Assembly: GCA_045576575.1 (NCBI GenBank)
Contig: JAZNGR010000130.1
Location: 1-60,517 of the forward strand
Source of the DNA: Eubacteriales bacterium
GTDB taxonomy: Bacteria; Bacillota; Clostridia; Oscillospirales; QAKW01
Direction of reading: 5' to 3'
DNA length: 60,517 bases
Shown here piece by piece: positions 1 through 8,512 of this stretch. How positions within the stretch are numbered: the first letter of the stretch is position 1; every line of letters begins with the position of its first letter. Below the pieces are notes generated by a model. The model saw only the letters and a program-made list of their open reading frames with translations. It was not told where the DNA came from and made no database searches. Position numbers and translations under genes: made by a program.

Positions 1-83
1 AAAGAGCAGAAGTTCTCTTCAATGCAGGCGAAAAGGCTGCTATTGAAAAGAGAGAGAACCTGAAGAAGCTCTCTGAGATGTAA
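1..83 (+). CDS. 3' end of an unidentified CDS (partial; ...RAEVLFNAGEKAAIEKRENLKKLSEM*)
   Basis: Frame 3 is open from the window edge to TAA at 81-83 and is followed by a strong hairpin plus T-run. Too short to assign a family. Confidence 0.3.
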   Translation, partial: RAEVLFNAGEKAAIEKRENLKKLSEM

Positions 84-95
84 TTCTCAAACTAA

Positions 96-133
96 GATGT
101 CTGTCGCTTTATGCGACAGGCATCTTTTTTTTG
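96..133 (+). terminator. Rho-independent terminator of the upstream partial gene
   Basis: GATGTCTGTCGC / GCGACAGGCATC stem with a 5-nt loop, followed by a run of about 9 T. Confidence 0.75.
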
Positions 134-150
134 TTTTTTGCTGAAAAAAC

Positions 151-180
151 TTGTCAAATCCTTATCTGCGGCCTTATAAT
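151..180 (+). promoter_or_regulatory. Sigma-A-type promoter candidate for the aro operon leader
   Basis: TTGTCA (151-156), 18-nt spacer, TATAAT (175-180). Confidence 0.5.
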
Positions 181-213
181 ACATATATTATTATTTGAGA
201 AAGGGTGGCGGAA

Positions 214-285
214 ATGTCTAAGATTTATAATCGATTTTATTATTGCAATACGGACTTTCTGTCTGCCAATGTCTGCGAGCGCTAA
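214..285 (+). CDS. Candidate 23-codon leader peptide MSKIYNRFYYCNTDFLSANVCER (Phe/Tyr-rich)
   Basis: ATG at 214 is preceded by AAGGGTGG with a 5-nt spacer. Five aromatic codons include consecutive F-Y-Y at 235-243. TAA at 283-285. Lies between the promoter and the attenuator hairpins. Confidence 0.35.
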   Translation: MSKIYNRFYYCNTDFLSANVCER

Positions 286-372
286 TGAACCGGTGTTCGC
301 TCAATGAGGAACAGAAAGCCCGCAATTCCTTATGCTTTTATAGCTGTAGGTAAAGCGGGCTTTATTTATTTG
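251..372 (+). promoter_or_regulatory. Candidate transcription attenuator (alternative antiterminator/terminator helices) upstream of the aro operon
   Basis: 251-262 CGGACTTTCTGT pairs 11/12 with 311-322 ACAGAAAGCCCG. 315-323 AAAGCCCGC alternatively pairs 9/9 with 355-363 GCGGGCTTT, followed by the tail ATTTATTT. The two helices share 315-322. Confidence 0.45.
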
Positions 373-380
373 GAGGAGTT

Positions 381-1571
381 ATGGATCTTTCGGAAAAGAT
401 GATGGGGCTTGGAAAGAAAAGTTCGGTCATTCGCGAAATCTTTGAATACAGCAAAAAAAGAAAAGCAGAGATCGGTGCTGAAAATGTTTTTGATTTTAGT
501 ATCGGAAATCCCAGTGTTGCGACGCCGGAAGCCATAAATCAAGCAATGATTCGGTTGCTTTCCGAAAAGGATCCGATCCTGCTTCATGGCTATACTGCGG
601 CGCAGGGAGATCCCGGGGTGCGCAAGACGATCGCCGATGCCATTAATCGGGAGTTTCAAGCGAATGTCCGATGGGAACTGATCTATATGACCTGCGGCGC
701 CGCCGCTTCGTTGACCATTTCCTTGGCGGCGATTACCGAGCCGGGGGATGAGGTGATCGTGTTTGCGCCTTATTTCCCCGAATATCGCGTTTTTATTGAG
801 CATGCGGGTGCCAAAATGGTAAGCGTTTCTTGCAAAGAACCGCATTTTCAATTAAACTTTGAGGAGCTGGAGCAAGCCATTAACGCCCGGACAAAGGCGC
901 TGATCATCAATTCTCCCAATAATCCGACCGGTGTGATCATTCCCGAAGGGGATCTGATCCGACTGGCAGAGATTTTAAGAGCGAAGGAGCGGGAATTCGG
1001 TCATAAGATCTATCTGATCGCCGATGAACCCTATCGCAAATTGGTATGGACGGGGGAAGAGGTTCCCTTTGTCCCCAATTATTATGAGGATTCTTTGGTT
1101 TGCTATTCCTTTAGTAAAGCGGTTTCGCTGCCGGGGGAGCGAATCGGTTATATTTTGGTTTCACCTTCTATGAAAAATGCCGCCGATGTTTATGCCGCGG
1201 TTTGTGGTGCGGGAAGAGCCCTCGGCTTTGTGTGCGCACCGAGCCTTTTGCAGTTTACGGTGGCGGAATGTGTAGACGAAATATCGGATTTCAGCATTTA
1301 TCGTAAAAACAGAGAATTGTTATTAAATGAATTGTCCCGTATCGGCTATGACGCGGCACCACCTGATGGAGCTTTTTATCTCTTTATGAAAGCGTTGGAG
1401 CCGGATGCTTATGCATTTTGTGAACGGGCAAAGAAGTATGAACTTTTGCTGGTGCCCAGTGATGATTTTGGGTGCCCCGGTTATGTACGAATCGCTTATT
1501 GCGTGACCACTGAGCAGATCAAGAGGGCCATTCCCGCCTTCGAAAAGTTATATGAGGAATATCAAAAATGA
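381..1571 (+). CDS. Class I/II PLP-dependent aminotransferase (aspartate/aromatic aminotransferase type)
   Basis: 396 aa. PLP-lysine context YSFSKAVSLPGERIGY and the NSPNNPTG motif. GGAGG RBS. First gene of the aro operon. Confidence 0.9.
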   Translation: MDLSEKMMGLGKKSSVIREIFEYSKKRKAEIGAENVFDFSIGNPSVATPEAINQAMIRLLSEKDPILLHGYTAAQGDPGVRKTIADAINREFQANVRWELIYMTCGAAASLTISLAAITEPGDEVIVFAPYFPEYRVFIEHAGAKMVSVSCKEPHFQLNFEELEQAINARTKALIINSPNNPTGVIIPEGDLIRLAEILRAKEREFGHKIYLIADEPYRKLVWTGEEVPFVPNYYEDSLVCYSFSKAVSLPGERIGYILVSPSMKNAADVYAAVCGAGRALGFVCAPSLLQFTVAECVDEISDFSIYRKNRELLLNELSRIGYDAAPPDGAFYLFMKALEPDAYAFCERAKKYELLLVPSDDFGCPGYVRIAYCVTTEQIKRAIPAFEKLYEEYQK

Positions 1572-2659
1572 GTAAATTAGACGAAGCAAGAAAACAGATC
1601 AATGAGATCGATCAAAAAATGGCAGATCTTTTCGCCGCCCGTATGAAGGCGGTGGAATTAGTCGCCGCCCATAAGAAAGAGGTGGGAATGCCGATCCTGG
1701 ATACTGCCAGAGAAGAAGAGGTGATCCGCAAAAACACACAGTTTATGCAGGACGAAACCTTGAAATCATATTATGTAAACTTCTTGAAGTATAATATGAC
1801 GCTGTCCCGCAGTTATCAGCATCGTCTTTTGGAGGGGATGCGGGTGGCTTATAGCGGTGTGCCCGGCGCTTTTGCGGATATTGCCGCCAAAAAGATCTTT
1901 CCCGATGGTTCTTCGGTTCCTTATAAAGATTTTAAAGCCGCTTATGAAGCAGTGGTAAACGGAGAATGCGATTGCGCGGTTCTTCCCATTGAGAACAGCT
2001 ATGCGGGCGATGTATCCCAAGTAATGGATCTTGCTTTTTTCGGATCTCTCTTCATTAACGGTGTTTACGATATGGAGATCGTGCAGAATCTCTTGGGTGT
2101 TCCCGGTGCAACGGTTCGGGATGTAAAGGAGGTCATCAGCCATCCTCAGGGTCTGGGTCAGTGCGCGGAATATATCCGCAGCCATGATTTTATCAGCCAT
2201 GAGATGACCAATACCGCCCTTGCGGCAAAGCAAGTGGCAACCGAGGGAAGAAAGGAGCTGGCGGCCATTGCCAGTGCCGAAACCGCAGAGATTTACGGTC
2301 TGACCGTTTTGGATAAAAACATCAATGCCAGTAGTGCCAATACTACCCGTTTTGCGGTGTTTTCCCGCTATGCAAACCGTAATGAACAGCGGGATAACTA
2401 CTTTGTTATGAACTTTACGGTAAAAAATGAGGCGGGCGGTCTCGGAAAGGCTATTTCCGCCATTGGAGAAGCCGGCTTTAACCTGCGCGCTCTCAAGAGC
2501 CGCCCCAGCAAGGAACTGATCTGGGAGTATTATTTCTTTGCTGAGGGTGAGGGGAATATCAACAGTGCCCAAGGTAAAGCAATGTTGGAAGAATTGAAGA
2601 ATCATTGCAGTACCGTAAAGGTCGTCGGTTCTTTTGAGAAAGAGCAAATTTTAGCATAA
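1568..2659 (+). CDS. pheA: Bifunctional chorismate mutase / prephenate dehydratase (P-protein)
   Basis: N-terminal CM_2-like helix region (LDEARKQINEIDQKMADLFAARM), a PDT domain with NTTRFAVF, and an ACT-like C-terminus (LKSRPSK). ATGA overlap with the upstream gene. Confidence 0.92.
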   Translation: MSKLDEARKQINEIDQKMADLFAARMKAVELVAAHKKEVGMPILDTAREEEVIRKNTQFMQDETLKSYYVNFLKYNMTLSRSYQHRLLEGMRVAYSGVPGAFADIAAKKIFPDGSSVPYKDFKAAYEAVVNGECDCAVLPIENSYAGDVSQVMDLAFFGSLFINGVYDMEIVQNLLGVPGATVRDVKEVISHPQGLGQCAEYIRSHDFISHEMTNTALAAKQVATEGRKELAAIASAETAEIYGLTVLDKNINASSANTTRFAVFSRYANRNEQRDNYFVMNFTVKNEAGGLGKAISAIGEAGFNLRALKSRPSKELIWEYYFFAEGEGNINSAQGKAMLEELKNHCSTVKVVGSFEKEQILA

Positions 2660-2671
2660 AGAGGAATTAAA

Positions 2672-3679
2672 ATGATCATTCCCATTGAATTAGGTGCAGA
2701 TAGCTATAATATTTGGTTGGAACGCGGCGCTTTAGGGAAGGCCGATACCTTCTTTAAGTTGGAGCGCAAGGTACTGATCGTGACGGATAGCGGTGTTCCA
2801 AGCCAATATGCCGAAATCATTGCTTCTCTTTGCAAAGAAGCCTATATCGAGGTGTTTTTGCAGGGGGAGGCGCAAAAGAATATGGATACCTATCAGGCGA
2901 TTTTAAGTCGCTTGGTGCAGGAGGGCTTTTCCCGCAGTGACTGCGTTGTTGCCGTCGGCGGCGGAGTAACCGGTGATATGGCGGGTTTTGCGGCGGCATC
3001 CTATATGCGCGGCATTGATTTTTATAATGTGCCCACAACGGTGCTTTCCCAGGTGGATTCTTCCATCGGCGGAAAGGTTGCCATTGATTTTAAGGGCTAT
3101 AAGAACATTGTCGGTGCCTTTTATCAGCCGAAAGGGGTATTGATCGATCCCGAGGTCTTGAAAACGCTTCCTTCGCGTCAGATCGCCAATGGATTGGCAG
3201 AAGCAGTCAAGATGGCGGCCACCTGCGATCAAGGGCTTTTTGAAGAACTGGAGACGAAGGATCCTCTGCTCTTTATTGATCGGGTGATAGAGGGATCTTT
3301 ACGGATCAAGAAAAGCATTGTGGAGCAGGACACCAAGGAGACCGGCTTGCGAAAGGTTTTGAATTTCGGTCATACGGTTGGTCATGCCATTGAAAGCGTT
3401 TCCGGCCTTTCGGAGCTGTATCACGGAGAATGCGTTGCACTCGGGATGCTGATCATGGCGGCGCCCGATGTAAGAGCACGCCTTGGGAAGGTTTTGGAGC
3501 GGATCGGTCTTCCCACTGAATATGCCTTTGATCGGGAGAAGGTTATTTCCGCTATGTCTATGGATAAAAAGGTATCGGGGGACAAGATTACGGTTGTAAC
3601 CTTGCCCGAAATCGGCCGATTTGAGTTTGAAACGCTGACTTTAGATGCATTGAATCAAAAGATGAGGGAGGTTCTTTAA
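2672..3679 (+). CDS. aroB: 3-dehydroquinate synthase
   Basis: 335 aa. GGGVTGDMAGFAAASYMRGI nucleotide-binding motif and metal-binding histidines in NFGHTVGHAIE. Confidence 0.93.
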   Translation: MIIPIELGADSYNIWLERGALGKADTFFKLERKVLIVTDSGVPSQYAEIIASLCKEAYIEVFLQGEAQKNMDTYQAILSRLVQEGFSRSDCVVAVGGGVTGDMAGFAAASYMRGIDFYNVPTTVLSQVDSSIGGKVAIDFKGYKNIVGAFYQPKGVLIDPEVLKTLPSRQIANGLAEAVKMAATCDQGLFEELETKDPLLFIDRVIEGSLRIKKSIVEQDTKETGLRKVLNFGHTVGHAIESVSGLSELYHGECVALGMLIMAAPDVRARLGKVLERIGLPTEYAFDREKVISAMSMDKKVSGDKITVVTLPEIGRFEFETLTLDALNQKMREVL

Positions 3680-3680
3680 A

Positions 3681-4778
3681 ATGAAGAATACCTTTGGCGA
3701 TCATTTGAGCGTAACGTTGTTTGGAGAAAGCCACGGAAAAAGCATCGGTGTTGTTTTGGATGGCTTGGCGCCCGGTATTGCGGTAGATGAAGAGATGATC
3801 CGCAAACAGTTGACCAAGCGCCGCCCCGCAGGGAAGATCTCTACTGCGCGACAAGAGCAGGATGAATTTACTATTGAAAGCGGTGTGTTTAACGGTTATA
3901 CCACCGGCACTCCTCTTTGCATTTTGATTTCCAATACGGCCCAGCATTCCAAGGATTACTCCGCAACCCGCAGTAAGGCCCGACCCGGCCATGCGGATTA
4001 TACCGCTTTTTGCAAATATCATGGCTATGAGGATTTTCGCGGAGGCGGCCATTTCAGCGGAAGAGTCACCGCAGGCTTGGTTGCCGCCGGTGCGATTCTT
4101 TTGCCCGCCTTGGAAAAGAAGGGTATCAGCATTGCCACCCATATGAGCCGTTGCGGCGGGGTAGAGGATCGCGGCTTTGAGGATCTCAAAGCAGATATGA
4201 ATCAATTGAATGAGTCGGATTTCCCCGTTCTTTCGGAAAGTGCGGCGGCCGCGATGCATCGGGCTATTGAAGCGGCGGCTGAAGAGGGAGATAGTGTCGG
4301 CGGAGTTCTGGAAACGGTGATTACCGGTGTTCCTGCAGGCGTTGGTGAGCCTTGGTTTGATACTGTGGAAGGTCTTTTGGCCAAAGGCTTATTCAGTATT
4401 CCCGCTGTGAAGGGCGTTTCCTTTGGGGATGGCTTTGATCTTGCCGATCAAAAGGGAAGTGAGGCCAACGATCCCTTCCAATGGACGGAGGATTCGGTTA
4501 TTACAACCAAAAACAGCAACGGCGGAATCAATGGCGGTATTTCAAACGGCATGCCGATTATTATCCAAACCGTTGTGAAACCGACTCCCTCCATCTATCA
4601 GGAGCAGGATACGGTGGATTTCATAAAGAAGGAAAACACGACCCTGCAGATTCAGGGGCGCCATGATCCTTGTATTGTACATCGGGCAAGAGTGGTGGCA
4701 GATAGCATCTGTGCTTTGGTGATTGCTGATCTGTTAACCGGGCGTTTTGGTACCGATTTTTTAGGAGAAAACAAATGA
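3681..4778 (+). CDS. aroC: Chorismate synthase
   Basis: 365 aa. N-terminal FGESHG signature, then RPGHADY and GRHDPC motifs. Confidence 0.95.
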   Translation: MKNTFGDHLSVTLFGESHGKSIGVVLDGLAPGIAVDEEMIRKQLTKRRPAGKISTARQEQDEFTIESGVFNGYTTGTPLCILISNTAQHSKDYSATRSKARPGHADYTAFCKYHGYEDFRGGGHFSGRVTAGLVAAGAILLPALEKKGISIATHMSRCGGVEDRGFEDLKADMNQLNESDFPVLSESAAAAMHRAIEAAAEEGDSVGGVLETVITGVPAGVGEPWFDTVEGLLAKGLFSIPAVKGVSFGDGFDLADQKGSEANDPFQWTEDSVITTKNSNGGINGGISNGMPIIIQTVVKPTPSIYQEQDTVDFIKKENTTLQIQGRHDPCIVHRARVVADSICALVIADLLTGRFGTDFLGENK

Positions 4779-6013
4779 AATATGGTTTGATCGGCGAAAA
4801 ATTAGGTCATAGTTTTTCAAAGCTGATTCATGAGAAATTTGCCGACTATATATATGAGCTGAAAGAACTGTCTCCCGAACAAGTGGAGGGCTTTATCAAG
4901 GGGAAAGCGTTTGAGGCTATTAACGTAACGATCCCCTATAAGCAAGTGGTGATGCCGTTTTTAGACGAAATCAGTCCACAGGCACAGACGATTGGTGCTG
5001 TGAATACCGTTGTATGTAAAGGGAATAAACTTTACGGGCATAACACTGACTTTTTTGGTTTACGAGCGTTGATTAAGCGCGCTGGAATAGAGATTTCGGG
5101 GAAAAAAGTATTGATCGCCGGTTCGGGAGGAACTTCTCGTACAGCTCAGGCAGTAGCAGCGGCTCTCGGGGCGGGGGAAGTGGTTGTTGCCTCCCGCTCG
5201 GGAAACGATGGTGTTTCTTATGTAACTGCTCAAAAAGTACATAACGATTCTCAGATCATTATTAACACAACACCTTGTGGAATGTATCCCCAAATTGATG
5301 ATGCGGTGCTTGATCTGAAGGACTATCCTATGGTGGAAGGCTTGGTAGATGTTGTTTATAATCCGCTCAGAACGAAGCTCGTTGCGGATGCTTTGGCGCG
5401 AGGGATCCCTGCGGTTGGCGGATTATATATGTTGGTCGCTCAAGCGGCGTATGCTGTTGAATGCTTTTTGAATACAAGGATTTCTGAAACGGATATTGAG
5501 CGTGTATATAATGAGCTCGCCCTCTCTAAAGAAAATATCGTGTTGGTCGGCATGCCCGGTTGCGGAAAGTCGACCATTGGTAAAAGATTGTCGAGGGAGT
5601 TGAATCGACCGCTTTATGATACCGATCAGATGATTACCGAGCGGTATGGAAAAAAACCTGCTGAAATCATTCGGCAAGAGGGGGAGACCGTCTTCCGCGA
5701 AAAAGAGGCAACAGTGATTCGAGAGCAGGTTGCTCCTCTTACCGGTAGTATTATTGCCACCGGTGGTGGTGCAATTCTGCGGGATGATAATGTACGCTTT
5801 TTGAAACTAAATGGAAAAACAATTTTTTTGGATCGTTCTTTGAACTTGTTGGCGGTCACTTCCGATCGCCCACTTTCTTCGGATCGAAAGCTTTTAGAAC
5901 AACGATATCGAGAACGTTATCTGCGGTATCAAAACGTCGCAGATCTTGTGATTGGTGCTGATGAAAAACCGGCAGAAATATGCGAAAGAATTTTGAAGGA
6001 ATTGCAAAAATGA
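4775..6013 (+). CDS. aroE-aroK: Fused shikimate dehydrogenase (N-terminal) / shikimate kinase (C-terminal)
   Basis: 412 aa. AroE-like N-terminus (IGEKLGHSFSKLIH, GAVNTV, GSGGTSR Rossmann). C-terminal Walker A VLVGMPGCGKSTIGKRLS and DTD typical of AroK. Confidence 0.9.
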   Translation: MKYGLIGEKLGHSFSKLIHEKFADYIYELKELSPEQVEGFIKGKAFEAINVTIPYKQVVMPFLDEISPQAQTIGAVNTVVCKGNKLYGHNTDFFGLRALIKRAGIEISGKKVLIAGSGGTSRTAQAVAAALGAGEVVVASRSGNDGVSYVTAQKVHNDSQIIINTTPCGMYPQIDDAVLDLKDYPMVEGLVDVVYNPLRTKLVADALARGIPAVGGLYMLVAQAAYAVECFLNTRISETDIERVYNELALSKENIVLVGMPGCGKSTIGKRLSRELNRPLYDTDQMITERYGKKPAEIIRQEGETVFREKEATVIREQVAPLTGSIIATGGGAILRDDNVRFLKLNGKTIFLDRSLNLLAVTSDRPLSSDRKLLEQRYRERYLRYQNVADLVIGADEKPAEICERILKELQK

Positions 6014-6444
6014 AGATTCTGGTAATCAATGGACCTAATTTAAATATGCTGGGGATACGTGAACCCGGAATTTATGGAAAAGAAACCTATGAGACCTTAT
6101 TGGAGAAGGTGCGCTCTTTTTGCGCTTCCAAAGGGGTGGAGGTCTCTTTTTATCAATCTAATCATGAGGGGGATCTGGTGGATGCTATCCAAGGTGCATA
6201 CGGAAAGATGGATGGAATTGTAATCAATCCGGGCGCTTATACCCATACCAGTATTGCCCTTTTGGATGCTGTTAAGGCGGTTGGTATTCCAACTGTGGAG
6301 GTTCATATCTCAGATGTGAGCAGCCGAGAGGATTTTCGTCAAATCAGTTATATTCGTGCCGCTTGCAAGAAAACGATTGCAGGGCATGGAACTGATGGTT
6401 ATTTAGAAGCCGTTGACTTTTTGTGTGCGGAGGTTGGAAAATGA
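6010..6444 (+). CDS. aroQ: Type II 3-dehydroquinate dehydratase
   Basis: MKILVINGPNLNMLGIREPGIYG...EVHISDVSSRE. Start moved to the ATG at 6010 (ATGA overlap with the aroE-aroK stop) from the ORF-track start at 5980. Confidence 0.92.
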   Translation: MKILVINGPNLNMLGIREPGIYGKETYETLLEKVRSFCASKGVEVSFYQSNHEGDLVDAIQGAYGKMDGIVINPGAYTHTSIALLDAVKAVGIPTVEVHISDVSSREDFRQISYIRAACKKTIAGHGTDGYLEAVDFLCAEVGK

Positions 6445-7640
6445 TCGTTCGGATCGAAGCCGGAAAAGCAAACGGTAGGGTCTTGGCACCGCCATCTAAA
6501 AGTATGGCGCATCGCTATTTAATTGCCGCCGCTTTGGCGGAAGGGAAGAGCGTGGTGCGCGGTATTGATTATTCGCAAGATATTCTTGCTACCATTGACT
6601 GCCTTTCTGTGTTGGGAATCAGAATTGAAAAACAAGAGGATTCGGTGACGGTTTTTGGCGGAACCCCCTTTTTGCCTAATGGTGAGTTGCGCTGTCGCGA
6701 GAGTGGAAGCACCCTGCGGTTTATGCTGCCTCTTTGTCTGCTTTCCGGGAAGAAAGCAACATTATGTGGAAGTGAACGCCTGATGGAACGTCCCCTTTCG
6801 GTTTATGAAGATCTTATTGCTGAAAAGGGCTTCTTTTTGGAGAAAAGGTCGGGTGTAGTTGAGGTTTGCGGACAATTGAGAGCCGGAACCTACCAAGTGG
6901 ACGGAAGTGTCAGCAGTCAGTTTATTACAGGGCTGATATTTGCCTTATTGACCCAAAAAGAGGAGAGCATCGTTCGGTTGAACGGGAAGGTGGAAAGTCG
7001 TTCCTACATTGACTTGACTATAGATGCTTTGCACGAATTTGGCTTTAATGTGGCATGGAAAGAAGAAAATGTTCTTCGCTTGGTCGGAGGAAAAGGAACC
7101 GCTCGCAAAATTACTGTTGAGGGCGATTATTCCAATGCCGCGTTCTTTGATGCGCTTTCGGTATTGGGCGGAGAGGTTCAAGTTGAGGGACTGAAAGAAC
7201 ATTCTTTGCAAGGAGATCGGATTTATCGTGATTACTTTCAACGATTAAAGTTGGGAAAACCGATTTTATCTCTCGCGGATTGCCCCGATCTCGGACCAAT
7301 CTTATTTGCAGTGGCAGCGGCTTTAAATGGTGGTGAATTCACGGATACTGCTCGCTTGAAGATCAAGGAAAGTGATCGCTGTGCAGCCATGGCGGCAGAA
7401 TTGAAAAAATGCGGTGTCTCCTTGGTTTTAGAAGAAAACCGTGTTCTTGTACCCGGTCATTTGTTGAAAAAGCCAACGGAGACAATTAACGGTCATAACG
7501 ACCATCGAATCGTGATGGCAATGGCAATTATTTTATCTTGTGTTGGCGGAAGCATTGAAGGGGCAGAAGCGGTCTCTAAGAGTTTGCCGGACTTTTTTGA
7601 GAGATTATCTTCCTTGGGGATTGAGGTTAAAAAAGAATGA
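6441..7640 (+). CDS. aroA: 3-phosphoshikimate 1-carboxyvinyltransferase (EPSP synthase)
   Basis: PPSKSMAHRYLIAAALA N-terminal signature, about 399 aa. Start taken at the ATG at 6441 (ATGA overlap with the aroQ stop). Confidence 0.93.
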   Translation: MIVRIEAGKANGRVLAPPSKSMAHRYLIAAALAEGKSVVRGIDYSQDILATIDCLSVLGIRIEKQEDSVTVFGGTPFLPNGELRCRESGSTLRFMLPLCLLSGKKATLCGSERLMERPLSVYEDLIAEKGFFLEKRSGVVEVCGQLRAGTYQVDGSVSSQFITGLIFALLTQKEESIVRLNGKVESRSYIDLTIDALHEFGFNVAWKEENVLRLVGGKGTARKITVEGDYSNAAFFDALSVLGGEVQVEGLKEHSLQGDRIYRDYFQRLKLGKPILSLADCPDLGPILFAVAAALNGGEFTDTARLKIKESDRCAAMAAELKKCGVSLVLEENRVLVPGHLLKKPTETINGHNDHRIVMAMAIILSCVGGSIEGAEAVSKSLPDFFERLSSLGIEVKKE

Positions 7641-8497
7641 AATTAAATAAAAATGCAAATACAAATATTTTGATCGTTGGCTTGGGCCTTTTGGGCGGCA
7701 GTTATGCAATGGCGCTTAAAAAGAAAGGCTATCATGTGGAAGCCATCACTCGGACTCAATCGTCAATTGACTATGCGTTGACGCATGGACTGATTGATGC
7801 GGGTTCTGTTTCTGTGGATCCGGAAATGGTCAAGAAGGCGGATCTTACGGTTTTTGCTCTCTATCCACATGTATTTATGAATTGGCTGAAAGAATACCAG
7901 CATTTATTCCGCCCCGGTGCTGTTCTTACAGATGTTACCGGCGTTAAGGGGAGCGTTGTATCAGAAATTCAAGAGATGTTACGCGAAGATGTGGAGTTTA
8001 TTGCAGCACATCCCATGGCGGGTAAAGAAGTCTACGGTGTTGAAAACGCTGATGATAAGATTTTTGAGGGAGCGAATTATATCGTTGTTCCCACAGAAAA
8101 AAACAGCGAAGAAGCGATTGCTCTTTGTGAAGAATTGGGGTGGGAACTTGGTTTTCGCTCGGTTTCCTGCCTGTCACCCGATGAACATGATGAGATGATT
8201 GCTTATCTTTCGCAGTTGACTCACTGTATCGCCGTTACCTTAATGTGTTGTCATGATAACGAAAACTTGGTTGCCTATACCGGCGATTCTTTTCGGGATC
8301 TGACCCGTATTGCCAAGATCAATGATGCCATGTGGAGCGAACTGTTTATGATGAATAAGCCTGCTTTGCTGGCGCAGATGGATCTTTTTATGGAGAAATT
8401 CAAGGAATTAAGAGACAATCTGGAATGTGGAAATGTAGATGATATGCGCGAAATGATGCGGCTTTCCACCCAGCGGCGGAAGTTTTTTGACCAGTAA
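7637..8497 (+). CDS. tyrA: Prephenate dehydrogenase
   Basis: 286 aa. Rossmann motif ILIVGLGLLGGSYA and the AAHPMAG motif. ATGA overlap with aroA. Confidence 0.9.
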   Translation: MKLNKNANTNILIVGLGLLGGSYAMALKKKGYHVEAITRTQSSIDYALTHGLIDAGSVSVDPEMVKKADLTVFALYPHVFMNWLKEYQHLFRPGAVLTDVTGVKGSVVSEIQEMLREDVEFIAAHPMAGKEVYGVENADDKIFEGANYIVVPTEKNSEEAIALCEELGWELGFRSVSCLSPDEHDEMIAYLSQLTHCIAVTLMCCHDNENLVAYTGDSFRDLTRIAKINDAMWSELFMMNKPALLAQMDLFMEKFKELRDNLECGNVDDMREMMRLSTQRRKFFDQ

Positions 8498-8512
8498 GAA
8501 AGGGACGTTGTT

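Noticed and set aside
181-380. A T-box riboswitch in the aro leader, suggested by AAAGGGTGGCGG resembling the T-box core AGGGTGGTACCGCG.
   Set aside because: The motif sits about 15-25 nt after the predicted TSS and more than 100 nt from the terminator, not in the 5' arm of an antiterminator bulge. I could find no Stem I, K-turn, specifier loop or distal-loop elements. The motif works better as the SD of the mini-ORF.
1766-2647. Other long antisense ORFs opposite housekeeping genes: 1766-2647, 3588-4259, 10486-11100, 18078-18737, 18849-19760, 36417-37079 and 49011-49700.
   Set aside because: Each is nested in a well-supported sense CDS (pheA, aroC, murD, ftsY, rph, the M50 protease, folD). 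None has a start context or a family signature. Treated as shadow ORFs.
5980-6009. N-terminal extensions in the ORF track: 5980 (aroQ), 6423 (aroA), 12439, 21685, 25685, 30601, 32617, 35843, 36402, 37825, 41890, 48726 and 54090.
   Set aside because: In each case an internal ATG has a better SD or spacing, gives the canonical family N-terminus or a proper signal peptide, and produces the short ATGA-type overlap typical of this region. The extensions overlap the preceding gene substantially.
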